The notes beneath the pieces were generated by a model that saw only the letters and a program-made list of their open reading frames with translations, had not been told where the DNA came from and made no database searches. The position numbers and the translations under genes are program-made. This document shows, piece after piece, positions 45,193-53,859 of a stretch of 64,000 nt of DNA. The stretch comes from an uncultured Trueperaceae bacterium (GTDB lineage Bacteria > Deinococcota > Deinococci > Deinococcales > Trueperaceae). The stretch lies in contig CAVSGP010000006.1 in assembly GCA_963727505.1 (NCBI GenBank), forward strand, positions 96,001 through 160,000. Reading direction: 5' to 3'. Numbering within the stretch: the first letter of the stretch is position 1; each line of letters begins with the position of its first letter.

Positions 45193-45357
45193 ATGATCCA
45201 GAACACCTGCGTGCACGTTTCGGGGCTCGCTCGTTGCGCTGTCGACCTGCGTCCCCCCGCCGACGTCGCCCGTAAGGGCACCGAGGTGGCCGGCCGGGGC
45301 GCCGGTGTGCGCCGCTCGCTCGAGGAGGGTCCCCCGCGGGACCGAGGGTCTGCCTAG
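45193..45357 (+). CDS. Candidate attenuator leader peptide (54 aa)
   Basis: Strong SD GGAGGTGA; MIQNTCVHVSGLARCAVDLRPPADVARKGTEVAGRGAGVRRSLEEGPPRDRGSA*; terminator 30 nt after the stop. Confidence 0.6.
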   Translation: MIQNTCVHVSGLARCAVDLRPPADVARKGTEVAGRGAGVRRSLEEGPPRDRGSA

Positions 45358-45386
45358 CAGACTCCCGTCCGACACCCGATGTCGGC

Positions 45387-45417
45387 CCTCGGCGAGCCCT
45401 TCGCCGAGGCTTTTTTT
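45387..45417 (+). terminator. Intrinsic terminator (attenuator)
   Basis: CCTCGGCGA-GCCCT-TCGCCGAGG-C-TTTTTTT. Confidence 0.85.
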
Positions 45418-45462
45418 GGCCCCAGTCCGCCATCACCCCATGAAGGAAACGAGGAGGTTTCG

Positions 45463-45606
45463 ATGAACAGCTTCATGCTTCTGCAACGAATCCGCGCCCG
45501 CGCCGGCCAGCTCCGGCGCGAGCCCACGGCCGAGCGTCTGCGCCGTGCCGGATATGCCGACGGCGAACGCCGGCCCCGCATCACGCGACACTGGGCCAAC
45601 CGCTAG
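45463..45606 (+). CDS. Small Arg-rich protein (47 aa)
   Basis: SD GAGGAGG 5 nt before ATG; MNSFMLLQRIRARAGQLRREPTAERLRRAG... Confidence 0.65.
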   Translation: MNSFMLLQRIRARAGQLRREPTAERLRRAGYADGERRPRITRHWANR

Positions 45607-45673
45607 CCCGCCGCACGGCCAGCAACGCGTGCGGCACGGCTCCAGAAGGCAGCGACGCCCTGAGGAGGGCAGC

Positions 45674-45925
45674 ATGAACGGATGGTATTTCGGCGCAACC
45701 GTCGCCGCACGCGAACGCATGAAGGACTTCCGGCGCCAGGCCGACGATGCCCGGGCCGCACGCAACGCACGGCACCAGGCAGGTACCCTCGGCGGCCTGG
45801 TTCTGGCCCGCCGCAGGGCCGCGACGGCGCTGTACCGGCTCGCCGACGCGCTCGCGCCACGGTCGGTCTCCGGTCCCGAGCCGATGCGCGGGGCACGTGA
45901 CGTCGGAGGACGCCCGGTCGTCTGA
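45674..45925 (+). CDS. Small Arg/Ala-rich protein (83 aa), similar to the preceding ORF
   Basis: SD GAGGAGG; MNGWYFGATVAARERMKDFRRQADDARAAR...RRRAATALYRLADALAP. Confidence 0.7.
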   Translation: MNGWYFGATVAARERMKDFRRQADDARAARNARHQAGTLGGLVLARRRAATALYRLADALAPRSVSGPEPMRGARDVGGRPVV

Positions 45926-45991
45926 TCCTTGACCGTTCGGCAACGCCTCGGCTCCCGTCCGACCGGGAGAGGGGCACCGCCGGGACGGAAC

Positions 45992-46028
45992 GGAAGGGCC
46001 CGCAGCCTCGAAGGCTGCGGGCCCTTCC
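45992..46028. terminator. Perfect 17-bp hairpin between convergent genes
   Basis: GGAAGGGCCCGCAGCCT-CGA-AGGCTGCGGGCCCTTCC. Confidence 0.75.
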
Positions 46029-46065
46029 ACGAGGGGTACGGCCGCAGGGAGTGCTCAGGGAGCGC

Positions 46066-46347
46066 TCAGCGGTCGCCTCTCATCAAGCGCTCCAACCAGA
46101 ACGAGCGCGTGGGGAAGGCGGCGAAGGGGTTCTCGATGCGGGCGGGCTCGCCGTGGAAGCGGCGCAGCATGGCCTCGACCCGCGCGACATCGAGCTCCGC
46201 AGAAGCGCGTGTCGCGGTGGCCCTCGCGGGGGCGCGCCCCGCGATCCGGCCCGGCCCGTTGTGGGGGCGCGGGCGCTCGGGAGCGCGTTCGCTCCCTGGC
46301 AGTGGCATCCCGGCCAGCGTACGGAGGACGGTGGGCAAGGACCTCAT
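46066..46347 (-). CDS. Small hypothetical protein (93 aa)
   Basis: MRSLPTVLRTLAG...ENPFAAFPTRSFWLERLMRGDR; TACCCT -10-like box 6 nt before ATG. Confidence 0.55.
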   Translation of the reverse strand: MRSLPTVLRTLAGMPLPGSERAPERPRPHNGPGRIAGRAPARATATRASAELDVARVEAMLRRFHGEPARIENPFAAFPTRSFWLERLMRGDR

Positions 46348-46455
46348 GACCGCAGGGTAGGGCTCGGTCGCTTTCGGTTCTCTTACCGGGGCAAGTGAGG
46401 CCGTCACCGACGCGCGTGCGTCGCTTCGGTCGCGATCGTCGCGGGTGCGGTCGGT

Positions 46456-46505
46456 GCGATTCCAGTCGCTGCGATTCCAGTCGCTGCGATTTCAGTCGCT
46501 GCGAT
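46456..46505 (+). repeat. 15-nt tandem repeat GCGATT(C/T)CAGTCGCT x3
   Basis: Read directly; it duplicates the stop-codon region of the ORF ending at 46492. Confidence 0.85.
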
Positions 46506-46851
46506 GTCCGTCGGTGCGGACGCGGTCGAGGATGCGTTGTACCTCGCGCCAGCGGAGGTCACGACGCATCGACCCGGTGGTGACGAACGCGAAGGGATCG
46601 CGTCCCCGGAAGCGCGCGATCATCAGGTCCCAGCTCATACGCCTGCGGCTCATGGGTCGGTAGAGCACGGCCGACGCCCCAAGGTCGTTGTCGAAGCGGT
46701 AGATGCGTTGCCGCCATTCCTCGAAGAGACGTGCGAGGTCGGCGTAGGCCCGGTCCAGGGCGTCGTCGGCCAACAGGCGGTAGGGCCCCTCGTACACCAG
46801 GTGGTCGGCGTGGCGATCCTCGAACTCGAACAGCAGCTCCGACGCTTCCAT
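46492..46851 (-). CDS. Hypothetical protein (119 aa)
   Basis: MEASELLFEFEDRHADHLVYEGPY...; TAGAAT -10 box 5 nt before ATG. Confidence 0.75.
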   Translation of the reverse strand: MEASELLFEFEDRHADHLVYEGPYRLLADDALDRAYADLARLFEEWRQRIYRFDNDLGASAVLYRPMSRRRMSWDLMIARFRGRDPFAFVTTGSMRRDLRWREVQRILDRVRTDGHRSD

Positions 46852-46962
46852 GGTCGATTCTAGGCAGGGGTGAGGGCGCGACACCGTGACATCGTCGACG
46901 CTTCGACGCTTGCCGGCGGCTGCGCCGGCGCGTACGCGGGCGCTCAGGACGGCGCTCACGAC

Positions 46963-47826
46963 TCACGACAGCGCCAGCAGTGTCACTCCCAGGACCATGC
47001 CGAACGCCCCCGCCATGCGCCGGGATCCCTGTCCCTCGGCGAGCAGGCGCGTTCCCATCAGCGTGCCCACCAGGATGCTGATCTCGCGTGCAGGCGCCAC
47101 CAGGCTGATAGGCGTGAAGGTCATGGCGGTGAGGACCAGGATGTACGCCAGCGGACTCAGTACGGCGATGCCCCAGGCCGCTCCGCGACTGTCGCGCCAG
47201 GCCTGCGCCACCGCCGCCCGGCCCCGCCATGCGACGGGGGCCAGCAGCAGCGCACGGCCGGCCTCCGAGAGGTAGCTGTACAGGAGCGGTGACGCGCCCA
47301 GGTGGGCGACGGCATATCCGTCCCAGACCGTGTAACCGCCGATGAACAGGCCGGTCGTGAGGCCGTAGACGAGCGCAGGGCGGCCGCCCCCGCTCGGCGC
47401 GCCGCGCGCGCCGCTGCCCGTGAGCACGAACACGCTCAACACGATCAGGATTCCCCCGGCGATCCCGAGGGTGCCGGGCCGCTCCCCCAGAACGGAGATC
47501 GCCAGCAGCGCTGCTAGTGCGGGTCCGCTGCCGCGGGCAAGCGGATAGACCAGCGACAGGTCGCCCACCCGATACCCGCGCTGGAGCGTGACGAAGTAAG
47601 CGACGTGGAGGACGCTGCTCACGAGCGCGAAGAGCACCGCCATGGGCCGCAGCGTCGGGTGCGCCAGCAAGAGGTAGGCGACTACCGCAGGGGCGTAGGC
47701 CACCAGCGTGAGAGTGGCGAAGAGCCAGACGAACTCGGCGCCTCCCTGCGCGCGTTTGGCGAGCAAGTTCCAGCTCGCGTGCAGCAGGGCGGCGGCGAGC
47801 ACGAGGCCCAGGGCGAGGAGCGTCAC
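46963..47826 (-). CDS. DMT/EamA family transporter
   Basis: AALLHASWN, GDLSLVYPLARG, APAREISI; about 10 TM segments. Confidence 0.92.
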   Translation of the reverse strand: MTLLALGLVLAAALLHASWNLLAKRAQGGAEFVWLFATLTLVAYAPAVVAYLLLAHPTLRPMAVLFALVSSVLHVAYFVTLQRGYRVGDLSLVYPLARGSGPALAALLAISVLGERPGTLGIAGGILIVLSVFVLTGSGARGAPSGGGRPALVYGLTTGLFIGGYTVWDGYAVAHLGASPLLYSYLSEAGRALLLAPVAWRGRAAVAQAWRDSRGAAWGIAVLSPLAYILVLTAMTFTPISLVAPAREISILVGTLMGTRLLAEGQGSRRMAGAFGMVLGVTLLALS

Positions 47827-47848
47827 GCGCCGTCGCCGCGGCCGGGGC

Positions 47849-48307
47849 CTAGGCTTCCTCCTCCAGCGTGCGGCTCAAGTACGCGTCCAGGTCGGCATGA
47901 ACCGTGCGCAGCACGGTCTCGACCCAGGCGTCGCGTTCGAAGGCCAGCAGGCGAAGATCCCAGATGTCGGCAGAGAGCTCGGAGCCGGACACCGGCTCGA
48001 GCAGGAAGCTGCCGCTCGACGGCCGCATGTAGGTCTGCGAGCGCAACTCGGTCTCGTACGCCCAATGGGCGACCGTCACGAAGTCGTAGCTCGAGCCCTG
48101 ATGCACGGAGATGAACCCGACGCCGTAGCGATCGGGGGTGGTCGCCGGCTGAGGCAGCGACGCGAGTGCGGTGTCGCGAGCGGCTTCCAACAGCGCGTCG
48201 AGCGGCTCCTTGCTGTGGTGCAGGATGTTGTAGACCTTGAGCCGCCAACCCTTCGCTTCCTTCAGCCCGACGAAGCGGATGCGGCGGGGTCGGTAGGGAA
48301 CCTCCAT
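47849..48307 (-). CDS. Conserved hypothetical protein
   Basis: GWRLKVYNI, GVGFISVHQG, IWDLRLLAFERDAW, DLDAYL; TAAGAT -10 box 6 nt before ATG. Confidence 0.78.
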   Translation of the reverse strand: MEVPYRPRRIRFVGLKEAKGWRLKVYNILHHSKEPLDALLEAARDTALASLPQPATTPDRYGVGFISVHQGSSYDFVTVAHWAYETELRSQTYMRPSSGSFLLEPVSGSELSADIWDLRLLAFERDAWVETVLRTVHADLDAYLSRTLEEEA

Positions 48308-48358
48308 GCCGCCATCTTACGGGGTCGGCCACCCTCTCCGACTGGCATACTGCGGGGC

Positions 48359-49006
48359 ATGGCTACCATCGTCGCGCTCTATGCCGGCCGGATCGAGACC
48401 AGGGAGATGGCGGGTCGCGAAGCTTCCACCGCCATCGGCAAGACGCCCGCGCATGGAGCGGTGCGGCTGGGCGCGCTGGGGTTGGAGGGCGACCAGCAGG
48501 CGGACACCAAGAACCACGGCGGTCCCGACCGGGCCGTGTGCGTCTACGCCGACGAGCGTTACGCCTACTGGCAGGAGCGGCTGGGGCGTGCGCTGCCGAC
48601 GCCCGCTTTCGGCGAGAACGCCAGGGTCGCAGGTCGGCTGGAGGAGGACGTCGTGCTGGGCGAGGTCTGGCAGGTCGGCGGCGTCCGGCTGCAGGTCACC
48701 GAGCCACGCGTGCCCTGCTGGATTCCCGCCGCGCACAACGGCGAGCAGCGTCTCACGGCGTGGATGTCGCAGACGGGCTACACCGGCTACCTGATGCGCG
48801 TGCTGGCCACGGGCATGCTCGAGCCGGGGTCGGCGATCGAGGTGGTCGAGCGCCCACCGCGCCCGCTCTCGGTCATGGAGCTCAACCGCGTGTACTTCCG
48901 CGATCGCGACGATGTCGACGGTCTGCGCCGCGCGCTGGCGTGCGACGGACTGCTCCCCGACTGGCGCGTCTCGCTCGAGGACCAGCTCCGACGCGCGGGC
49001 GGGTGA
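48359..49006 (+). CDS. MOSC domain protein (YiiM-like)
   Basis: GLEGDQQAD..NHGGPDRAV, FGEN, LQVTEPRVPCW, TGYLMRVL. Confidence 0.92.
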   Translation: MATIVALYAGRIETREMAGREASTAIGKTPAHGAVRLGALGLEGDQQADTKNHGGPDRAVCVYADERYAYWQERLGRALPTPAFGENARVAGRLEEDVVLGEVWQVGGVRLQVTEPRVPCWIPAAHNGEQRLTAWMSQTGYTGYLMRVLATGMLEPGSAIEVVERPPRPLSVMELNRVYFRDRDDVDGLRRALACDGLLPDWRVSLEDQLRRAGG

Positions 49007-49140
49007 GGCGGGCAACCGGACCCGGCCGCCCGCCTCCGCTGCGCCCGCCCCCAGCCCTGGCGCATGGGACTCCTGCTCATGGGAACGCCCCGCAGGACGG
49101 ACCTGCGGGGCGGCGCCGTTGAGGCGAGCGGAGCTCCTGT

Positions 49141-50094
49141 TCAGTCCACGTAGGTGAGCCAGGCGTCGAACTCCCCGATGCGGCCCTGGACCACGTCGAG
49201 GTAGGTCTTGCGCATGGTGAGTGCGAACTCGCCGGCCACCCCGTCGCCGATGGGGCGGCGATCGATCGAGGCCACCGGCGTCACCTCGGCCGCGGTGCCG
49301 ACCATGAACACCTCGTCGGCCGTGTACAGCTCGTCGCGCGTCGCCATGGTGTTCTGCACCTCGGTGCCCATCCACTGAGCGATGCGGATGACGCTGTCGC
49401 GGGTGATGCCGCGCAGATTGACGGAGTGCGCGATGGGGTAGAGGATGCCGTCACGGACCATGAACAGGTTCTCGCCCGAGCCCTCCGCCACGAAGCCCTG
49501 CTCGTCGAGCAATAACGCCTCGTCGTAGCCGTTGGCCCTGGCTTCCTGGTTGGCCAACACGGAGTTGACGTAGTTGCCGCCCGCCTTCGCCTTGGTGGGC
49601 ATGATGTCGCCGGAGCTGCGGCGCCACGAGCTCGTCATGAGCGCCACGCCCTTCTGCACGCCCTCGTCACCGAGGTAGGTTCCCCAGGGCATGGTGGCCA
49701 CCATGAAGTGCACGCGGTTGCGGCCGGGGTTCACGCCCAGCGACTCGGCGCCGTACCAGAGCAGCGGACGGATGTAGCAGGACTTCCGCTGGTTCGCCCG
49801 GATCGTCTCCAGGATGGCGTTGTTGATCTCGTCGGCGGTCACGGGCGAGCGCATGCCGATGATCTTGGCCGAATCGAGGAAGCGCTTGGTGTGCTCGGGA
49901 AGCCGGAAGACTGCGGCGCCGCGCTCGGTCTCGTAGGCGCGGATCCCCTCGAACACGCTGGTGCCATAGTGCATCGCGTGCGTGAGGACCGAGACCTTGG
50001 CTTCCTCGGGGGCGACCAGGCTGCCTTCGAACCAGATCAGGCCGCTGTCCACGGCCGAAGTGCTGGAAGGTGCGGGTTTGGATGGAACCGCCAT
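49141..50094 (-). CDS. ilvE: Branched-chain amino acid aminotransferase
   Basis: HAMHYGTSVFEGIRAY, YIRP, KAKAGGNYVNS, AEGSGENLF, GITR, GTAAEVTP; SD AGGAGG. Confidence 0.95.
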   Translation of the reverse strand: MAVPSKPAPSSTSAVDSGLIWFEGSLVAPEEAKVSVLTHAMHYGTSVFEGIRAYETERGAAVFRLPEHTKRFLDSAKIIGMRSPVTADEINNAILETIRANQRKSCYIRPLLWYGAESLGVNPGRNRVHFMVATMPWGTYLGDEGVQKGVALMTSSWRRSSGDIMPTKAKAGGNYVNSVLANQEARANGYDEALLLDEQGFVAEGSGENLFMVRDGILYPIAHSVNLRGITRDSVIRIAQWMGTEVQNTMATRDELYTADEVFMVGTAAEVTPVASIDRRPIGDGVAGEFALTMRKTYLDVVQGRIGEFDAWLTYVD

Positions 50095-50250
50095 GCGAAC
50101 CTCCTGGAATGCTGCTGCCATCATAAGGCTCGAGGTCGCGCCGGCCACCGCCGCCGAACGACAACCGGACACCTGCCGAGCCTGTTCTGAACGGCCCTCG
50201 ACCGAGCGCCGGACGCCCGCCCGCGGGTCGACCGCGGGTACACTACCGGC

Positions 50251-51231
50251 ATGAACCTCCTGGTGACCGGCGGCGCCGGCTACATCGGCAGCATCACGGC
50301 GGAGCGGCTGCTCGAGCGCGGCCATCGCGTGGTCGTCCTCGACAACCTCTCGACCGGGCACCGGGACGCCGTCCCGAGGGGAGCCGCCTTCGTGGAGGGG
50401 GATGTCGCCGACCCCGAGCGGGTGGGCGCCGCCCTCGAGGAGCACGGCGTGGAGGCGGTGCTGCACTTCGCCGCGGTCTCGCTGGTGGGCGAGTCGATGG
50501 AGCGCCCACTCGCGTACTTCCGCAACAACACCGCCGGTAGTTTGGCGCTGCTCGAGGCCATGCTGGCCCGCGACGTGCGGCGCTTCGTGCTGTCGTCCAC
50601 CGCAGCGCTGTTCGGTACGCCCGAGAGCGTACCCATCCCCGAGGAGGCGGAGGTTCGCCCGGAGAGCGTCTATGGCGAATCGAAGGCCCTCATCGAGCGC
50701 ATGCTCCACTGGCTGCAACGCACCGCCGGACTGGGCTACGCCTCGCTCCGGTACTTCAACGCCGCCGGCGCCAGTCCTCGACTGGGGGAGGACCACCGTC
50801 CCGAGACGCACCTCATCCCGCTGGTGCTCCAGGTAGCGGCCGGTCGGCGCGAGCGCATCGCGGTGTTCGGCGAGGACTACCCCACGCCCGACGGCACCGC
50901 CGTGCGCGACTACATCCACGTGCTCGACCTGGCCGAGGCGCACGTGCTGGCGGTGGAGACGCTGGCGCCGGGCGAGGCGCGCGCCTACAACCTCGGGAAC
51001 GGCAACGGCTTCTCGGTGCGCGAGGTCATCGAGGTGTGCCGTCGCGTCACGGGACGCCCCATCGACGACCGGGCCGCGCCGCGCCGCGCCGGCGATCCGC
51101 CGGCGCTGGTCGCCGACGCCCAGCGCATCCGCCGCGAGCTCGGCTGGCAGCCGCAGCATACGGACCTGCAGGCCATCGTGGCCTCGGCCTGGGCCTGGGC
51201 GCAGGCGCATCCGGACGGGTATCCCACCTGA
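50251..51231 (+). CDS. galE: UDP-glucose 4-epimerase
   Basis: VTGGAGYIGS, HFAAVSLVGES, YGESK, LRYFNAAGA, PETHLIP, DGTAVRDYIHV. Confidence 0.95.
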   Translation: MNLLVTGGAGYIGSITAERLLERGHRVVVLDNLSTGHRDAVPRGAAFVEGDVADPERVGAALEEHGVEAVLHFAAVSLVGESMERPLAYFRNNTAGSLALLEAMLARDVRRFVLSSTAALFGTPESVPIPEEAEVRPESVYGESKALIERMLHWLQRTAGLGYASLRYFNAAGASPRLGEDHRPETHLIPLVLQVAAGRRERIAVFGEDYPTPDGTAVRDYIHVLDLAEAHVLAVETLAPGEARAYNLGNGNGFSVREVIEVCRRVTGRPIDDRAAPRRAGDPPALVADAQRIRRELGWQPQHTDLQAIVASAWAWAQAHPDGYPT

Positions 51232-51404
51232 AGGAAGGCCCAAGATCCCGGGTGCCGGTTCTCATGCCCCCATGTGTTATGACTATCCGGTCACAGCAGA
51301 GCCCGCCGTTCGCGCCCAGGACGGGCGCCGGCTCGCGCGGGCCCGAGAACGCGGGCGCCCGCTCGCAAGGCGCCATGCTAAGCTGTGCTGATTTGGAGAA
51401 TGCC

Positions 51405-52010
51405 ATGAGACGACTCGTGTTCTCGCTCGTGCTGGTGCTGGCGTCGGCGGCGTTCGCCCAACAGAGTGCCGAACTGAGCGGCATCGTGAAGAGTGAGCAG
51501 ACGCTTCCGGACGGCACGAGGGTTGCCATCCATGTGGTCGACAACAACAACGTGTGGGGTCTCGAGGTCGCCAGCGTGGCGCCCGTCGGCGGGACCTTCA
51601 AGCTCATCGCGAAGCCCATCCCCCAGGACCAGCTCCGTCCCTTCCTCAGCGGTTCCGTTTTGCTGCCCGGCCTGCAGAACGAGTACACCGTCACCCCGGT
51701 CGACACCAACGCCGGCGACCAGGTGAACTTCGCGGTCGGGCGCATCAACATGTACGTCGACAAGAACGGTAACGGCGTGTTCGACCGCGTCACCGACCCC
51801 TGGTTCATCGGGGTGCCTAGCCTGGAGAAGCCCGTCGGCTTCTTCAGCCTGCTCTACGTCGATCGCGCCGCGGTCCTGACCGGAGGCGGCACCACGCTGC
51901 AGCTCAAGCCGGGGTGGAACGTCTTCACTGTGCGCTTCCCCGGAGACAAGCCGGTGTACGCGGTGCAGCCGAGCGTCACCGACATAGCCCTGGATGTGTT
52001 CCTGCCCTGA
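51405..52010 (+). CDS. Secreted hypothetical protein
   Basis: Signal peptide MRRLVFSLVLVLASAAFA; YVDKNGNGVFD (Ca-binding-loop-like); LKPGWN. Confidence 0.8.
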   Translation: MRRLVFSLVLVLASAAFAQQSAELSGIVKSEQTLPDGTRVAIHVVDNNNVWGLEVASVAPVGGTFKLIAKPIPQDQLRPFLSGSVLLPGLQNEYTVTPVDTNAGDQVNFAVGRINMYVDKNGNGVFDRVTDPWFIGVPSLEKPVGFFSLLYVDRAAVLTGGGTTLQLKPGWNVFTVRFPGDKPVYAVQPSVTDIALDVFLP

Positions 52011-52077
52011 CCAGCGGCCGGCGTGATGCCGTGCTCGCCGACAGTCACGGCCGAGCGCGTCCTGCTACGCTTGGTCC

Positions 52078-52548
52078 ATGAGTGTTTACGAGGGGACCTT
52101 CCAGGCTTCCGGCCTGCGCTTCGGCATCGTCGCCAGTCGCTTCAACGATCTCGTCACCCGCAGGTTGCTGGAGGGGGCCCGTGACGGCCTGAGGCGTCAT
52201 GGCGTCGACGACGCCTCGGTCGACGTGGCGTGGGTGCCTGGAGCCGCGGAGATCCCCTTGACCGCCAAGCATATGGCCGAGACCGGTCGCTACGCCGCGG
52301 TGCTCACCGTGGGGGCGGTCATCCGCGGTGCCACCAGCCACTACGACGTGGTCTGCTCCATGGTCTCCGGTGGCGTGTCGCGCGCGGCGCTCGACACCGG
52401 CGTGCCGATCGTCTTCGGCGTGCTCACCACGGACACGCTCGAGCAGGCATTGGAGCGCGCCGGGAGCAAGGCCGGCAACAAGGGCTTCGAGGCGGCCATG
52501 GCCGCTCTGGAGATGGCCACGCTGCTCGGGTCGCTGGACCAGGGGTAG
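52078..52548 (+). CDS. ribH: 6,7-dimethyl-8-ribityllumazine synthase
   Basis: [46 protein letters not shown]. Confidence 0.96.
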   Translation: MSVYEGTFQASGLRFGIVASRFNDLVTRRLLEGARDGLRRHGVDDASVDVAWVPGAAEIPLTAKHMAETGRYAAVLTVGAVIRGATSHYDVVCSMVSGGVSRAALDTGVPIVFGVLTTDTLEQALERAGSKAGNKGFEAAMAALEMATLLGSLDQG

Positions 52549-52593
52549 CGCGACGCGCCCGCGAGTGGGCAGCGGCGCGAGAGGAGGGTGAGG

Positions 52594-53373
52594 ATGGGAC
52601 GGTTCGGTCTGGCACAGGTGGCGGTCCTCCTGGCGTACATGGGTACCGTGGCCGTGAACGCACTGGCGGTCCTCCTACCGATCGGCGGGAGGACCACGCA
52701 GGAGGTCTCCGCGCTCTACCCGGCGTTGTTCGTGCCCGCGGGGTACGTGTTCTCGATCTGGAGTGTGATCTACCTCGGTCTGGCGGCGTACGCCGTGGCG
52801 CAAGCCGTGCCGCCGCTGCTGCGCGACGACCGGGTGCGCTCGGTGGCCTGGTGGTTCGTGCTGTCCGGCGTGCTGAACAGCGTGTGGCTGGTGCTCTGGC
52901 AGACGCTCCGCATCTACTGGACGGTACCGGTCATGCTGGCCCTGCTGCTCACGCTCATCGCCATCTACCGCGGCCTGCGTGTCGGTCGCGGCGCCGGACC
53001 GGCCGAGACCTGGCTGGTCCGCCTGCCCTTCAGCATCTACCTGGGATGGATCAGCGTCGCTACCATCGCCAACGTCAGCGACGCCCTGCTCCACGCGCAG
53101 TGGGGCGGCTGGGGGCTCTCCGACGTGGCCTGGGCCGTGATCATGCTGGCGGTCGCCACCCTGCTCGGGATCGTGATGCTGCTCCGCGAGCGCGACATCG
53201 CCTACGCCCTGGTGCTGGTCTGGGCTTTCGTAGGGATCGCGGTGGCGCAGCGCCCGGAGCCCGTGGTCGCCGGCGCGGCGCTGGCGGCGGCGGTGGTGGT
53301 CGCACTCGCCGTCTTGACCCTCGGCACGCGCAGGCGCAGCGGTGCCCGGTCGCCGGCGCGACGCGCTGCCTGA
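52594..53373 (+). CDS. TspO/MBR-like tryptophan-rich membrane protein
   Basis: PAGYVFSIWSVIY, PFSIYLGWISVATIAN, YALVLVWA. Confidence 0.85.
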   Translation: MGRFGLAQVAVLLAYMGTVAVNALAVLLPIGGRTTQEVSALYPALFVPAGYVFSIWSVIYLGLAAYAVAQAVPPLLRDDRVRSVAWWFVLSGVLNSVWLVLWQTLRIYWTVPVMLALLLTLIAIYRGLRVGRGAGPAETWLVRLPFSIYLGWISVATIANVSDALLHAQWGGWGLSDVAWAVIMLAVATLLGIVMLLRERDIAYALVLVWAFVGIAVAQRPEPVVAGAALAAAVVVALAVLTLGTRRRSGARSPARRAA

Positions 53374-53403
53374 GGGCACCTCCGGCGGTATACTTCGCTC
53401 GAG

Positions 53404-53787
53404 GTGAGCGAAGAGCCAAAGCACACCTACACCGCGCTGGAGATCGTGCAGGAGTTCTTCCCGGCGACGCCGGCGCGGTTGGTCCCCCGCGACCACGCCT
53501 ACAGGCTGGAGCGTGACGGGAGCGGCGATCTGCGTGTGATGGACGCCGCCGGGACCGAGCGGCTGCGCATGACGCCGGTGGAACGCGCCGGGAGCGATGT
53601 TGCACACGTGTGCTGCGACCTGTGCCACACAAGCTCGCCGCGCGAACACCTGCATCTGATGCGCTCCGAGGTGCCCGGCTCGGGCGGGCGCCGTTTCCGC
53701 TACCTCATGGCCTGCCGGGATACCGACGGTTGCGAGGCGCGCCGCTTCGACGACGCCAGCGTCGAGGTGCTGCTCGGCACGCGCTGA
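53404..53787 (+). CDS. Small Cys4 zinc-finger protein, similar to the FBP/FusB C-terminal domain
   Basis: CCDLCH ... RYLMACRDTDGC; TATACT -10 box upstream. Confidence 0.65.
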   Translation: MSEEPKHTYTALEIVQEFFPATPARLVPRDHAYRLERDGSGDLRVMDAAGTERLRMTPVERAGSDVAHVCCDLCHTSSPREHLHLMRSEVPGSGGRRFRYLMACRDTDGCEARRFDDASVEVLLGTR

Positions 53788-53859
53788 CCCCGGCTTCCCG
53801 TTTCCGCTCCGGCTTCGCCGATCTTCGGACGCCCCGACGCGCCGTTCGCGCGGTCTCGG

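Noticed and set aside
46456..46505. 15-nt repeats as a CRISPR array or iterons
   Set aside because: Direct tandem copies with no spacers, overlapping a stop codon; no replication or cas genes nearby.
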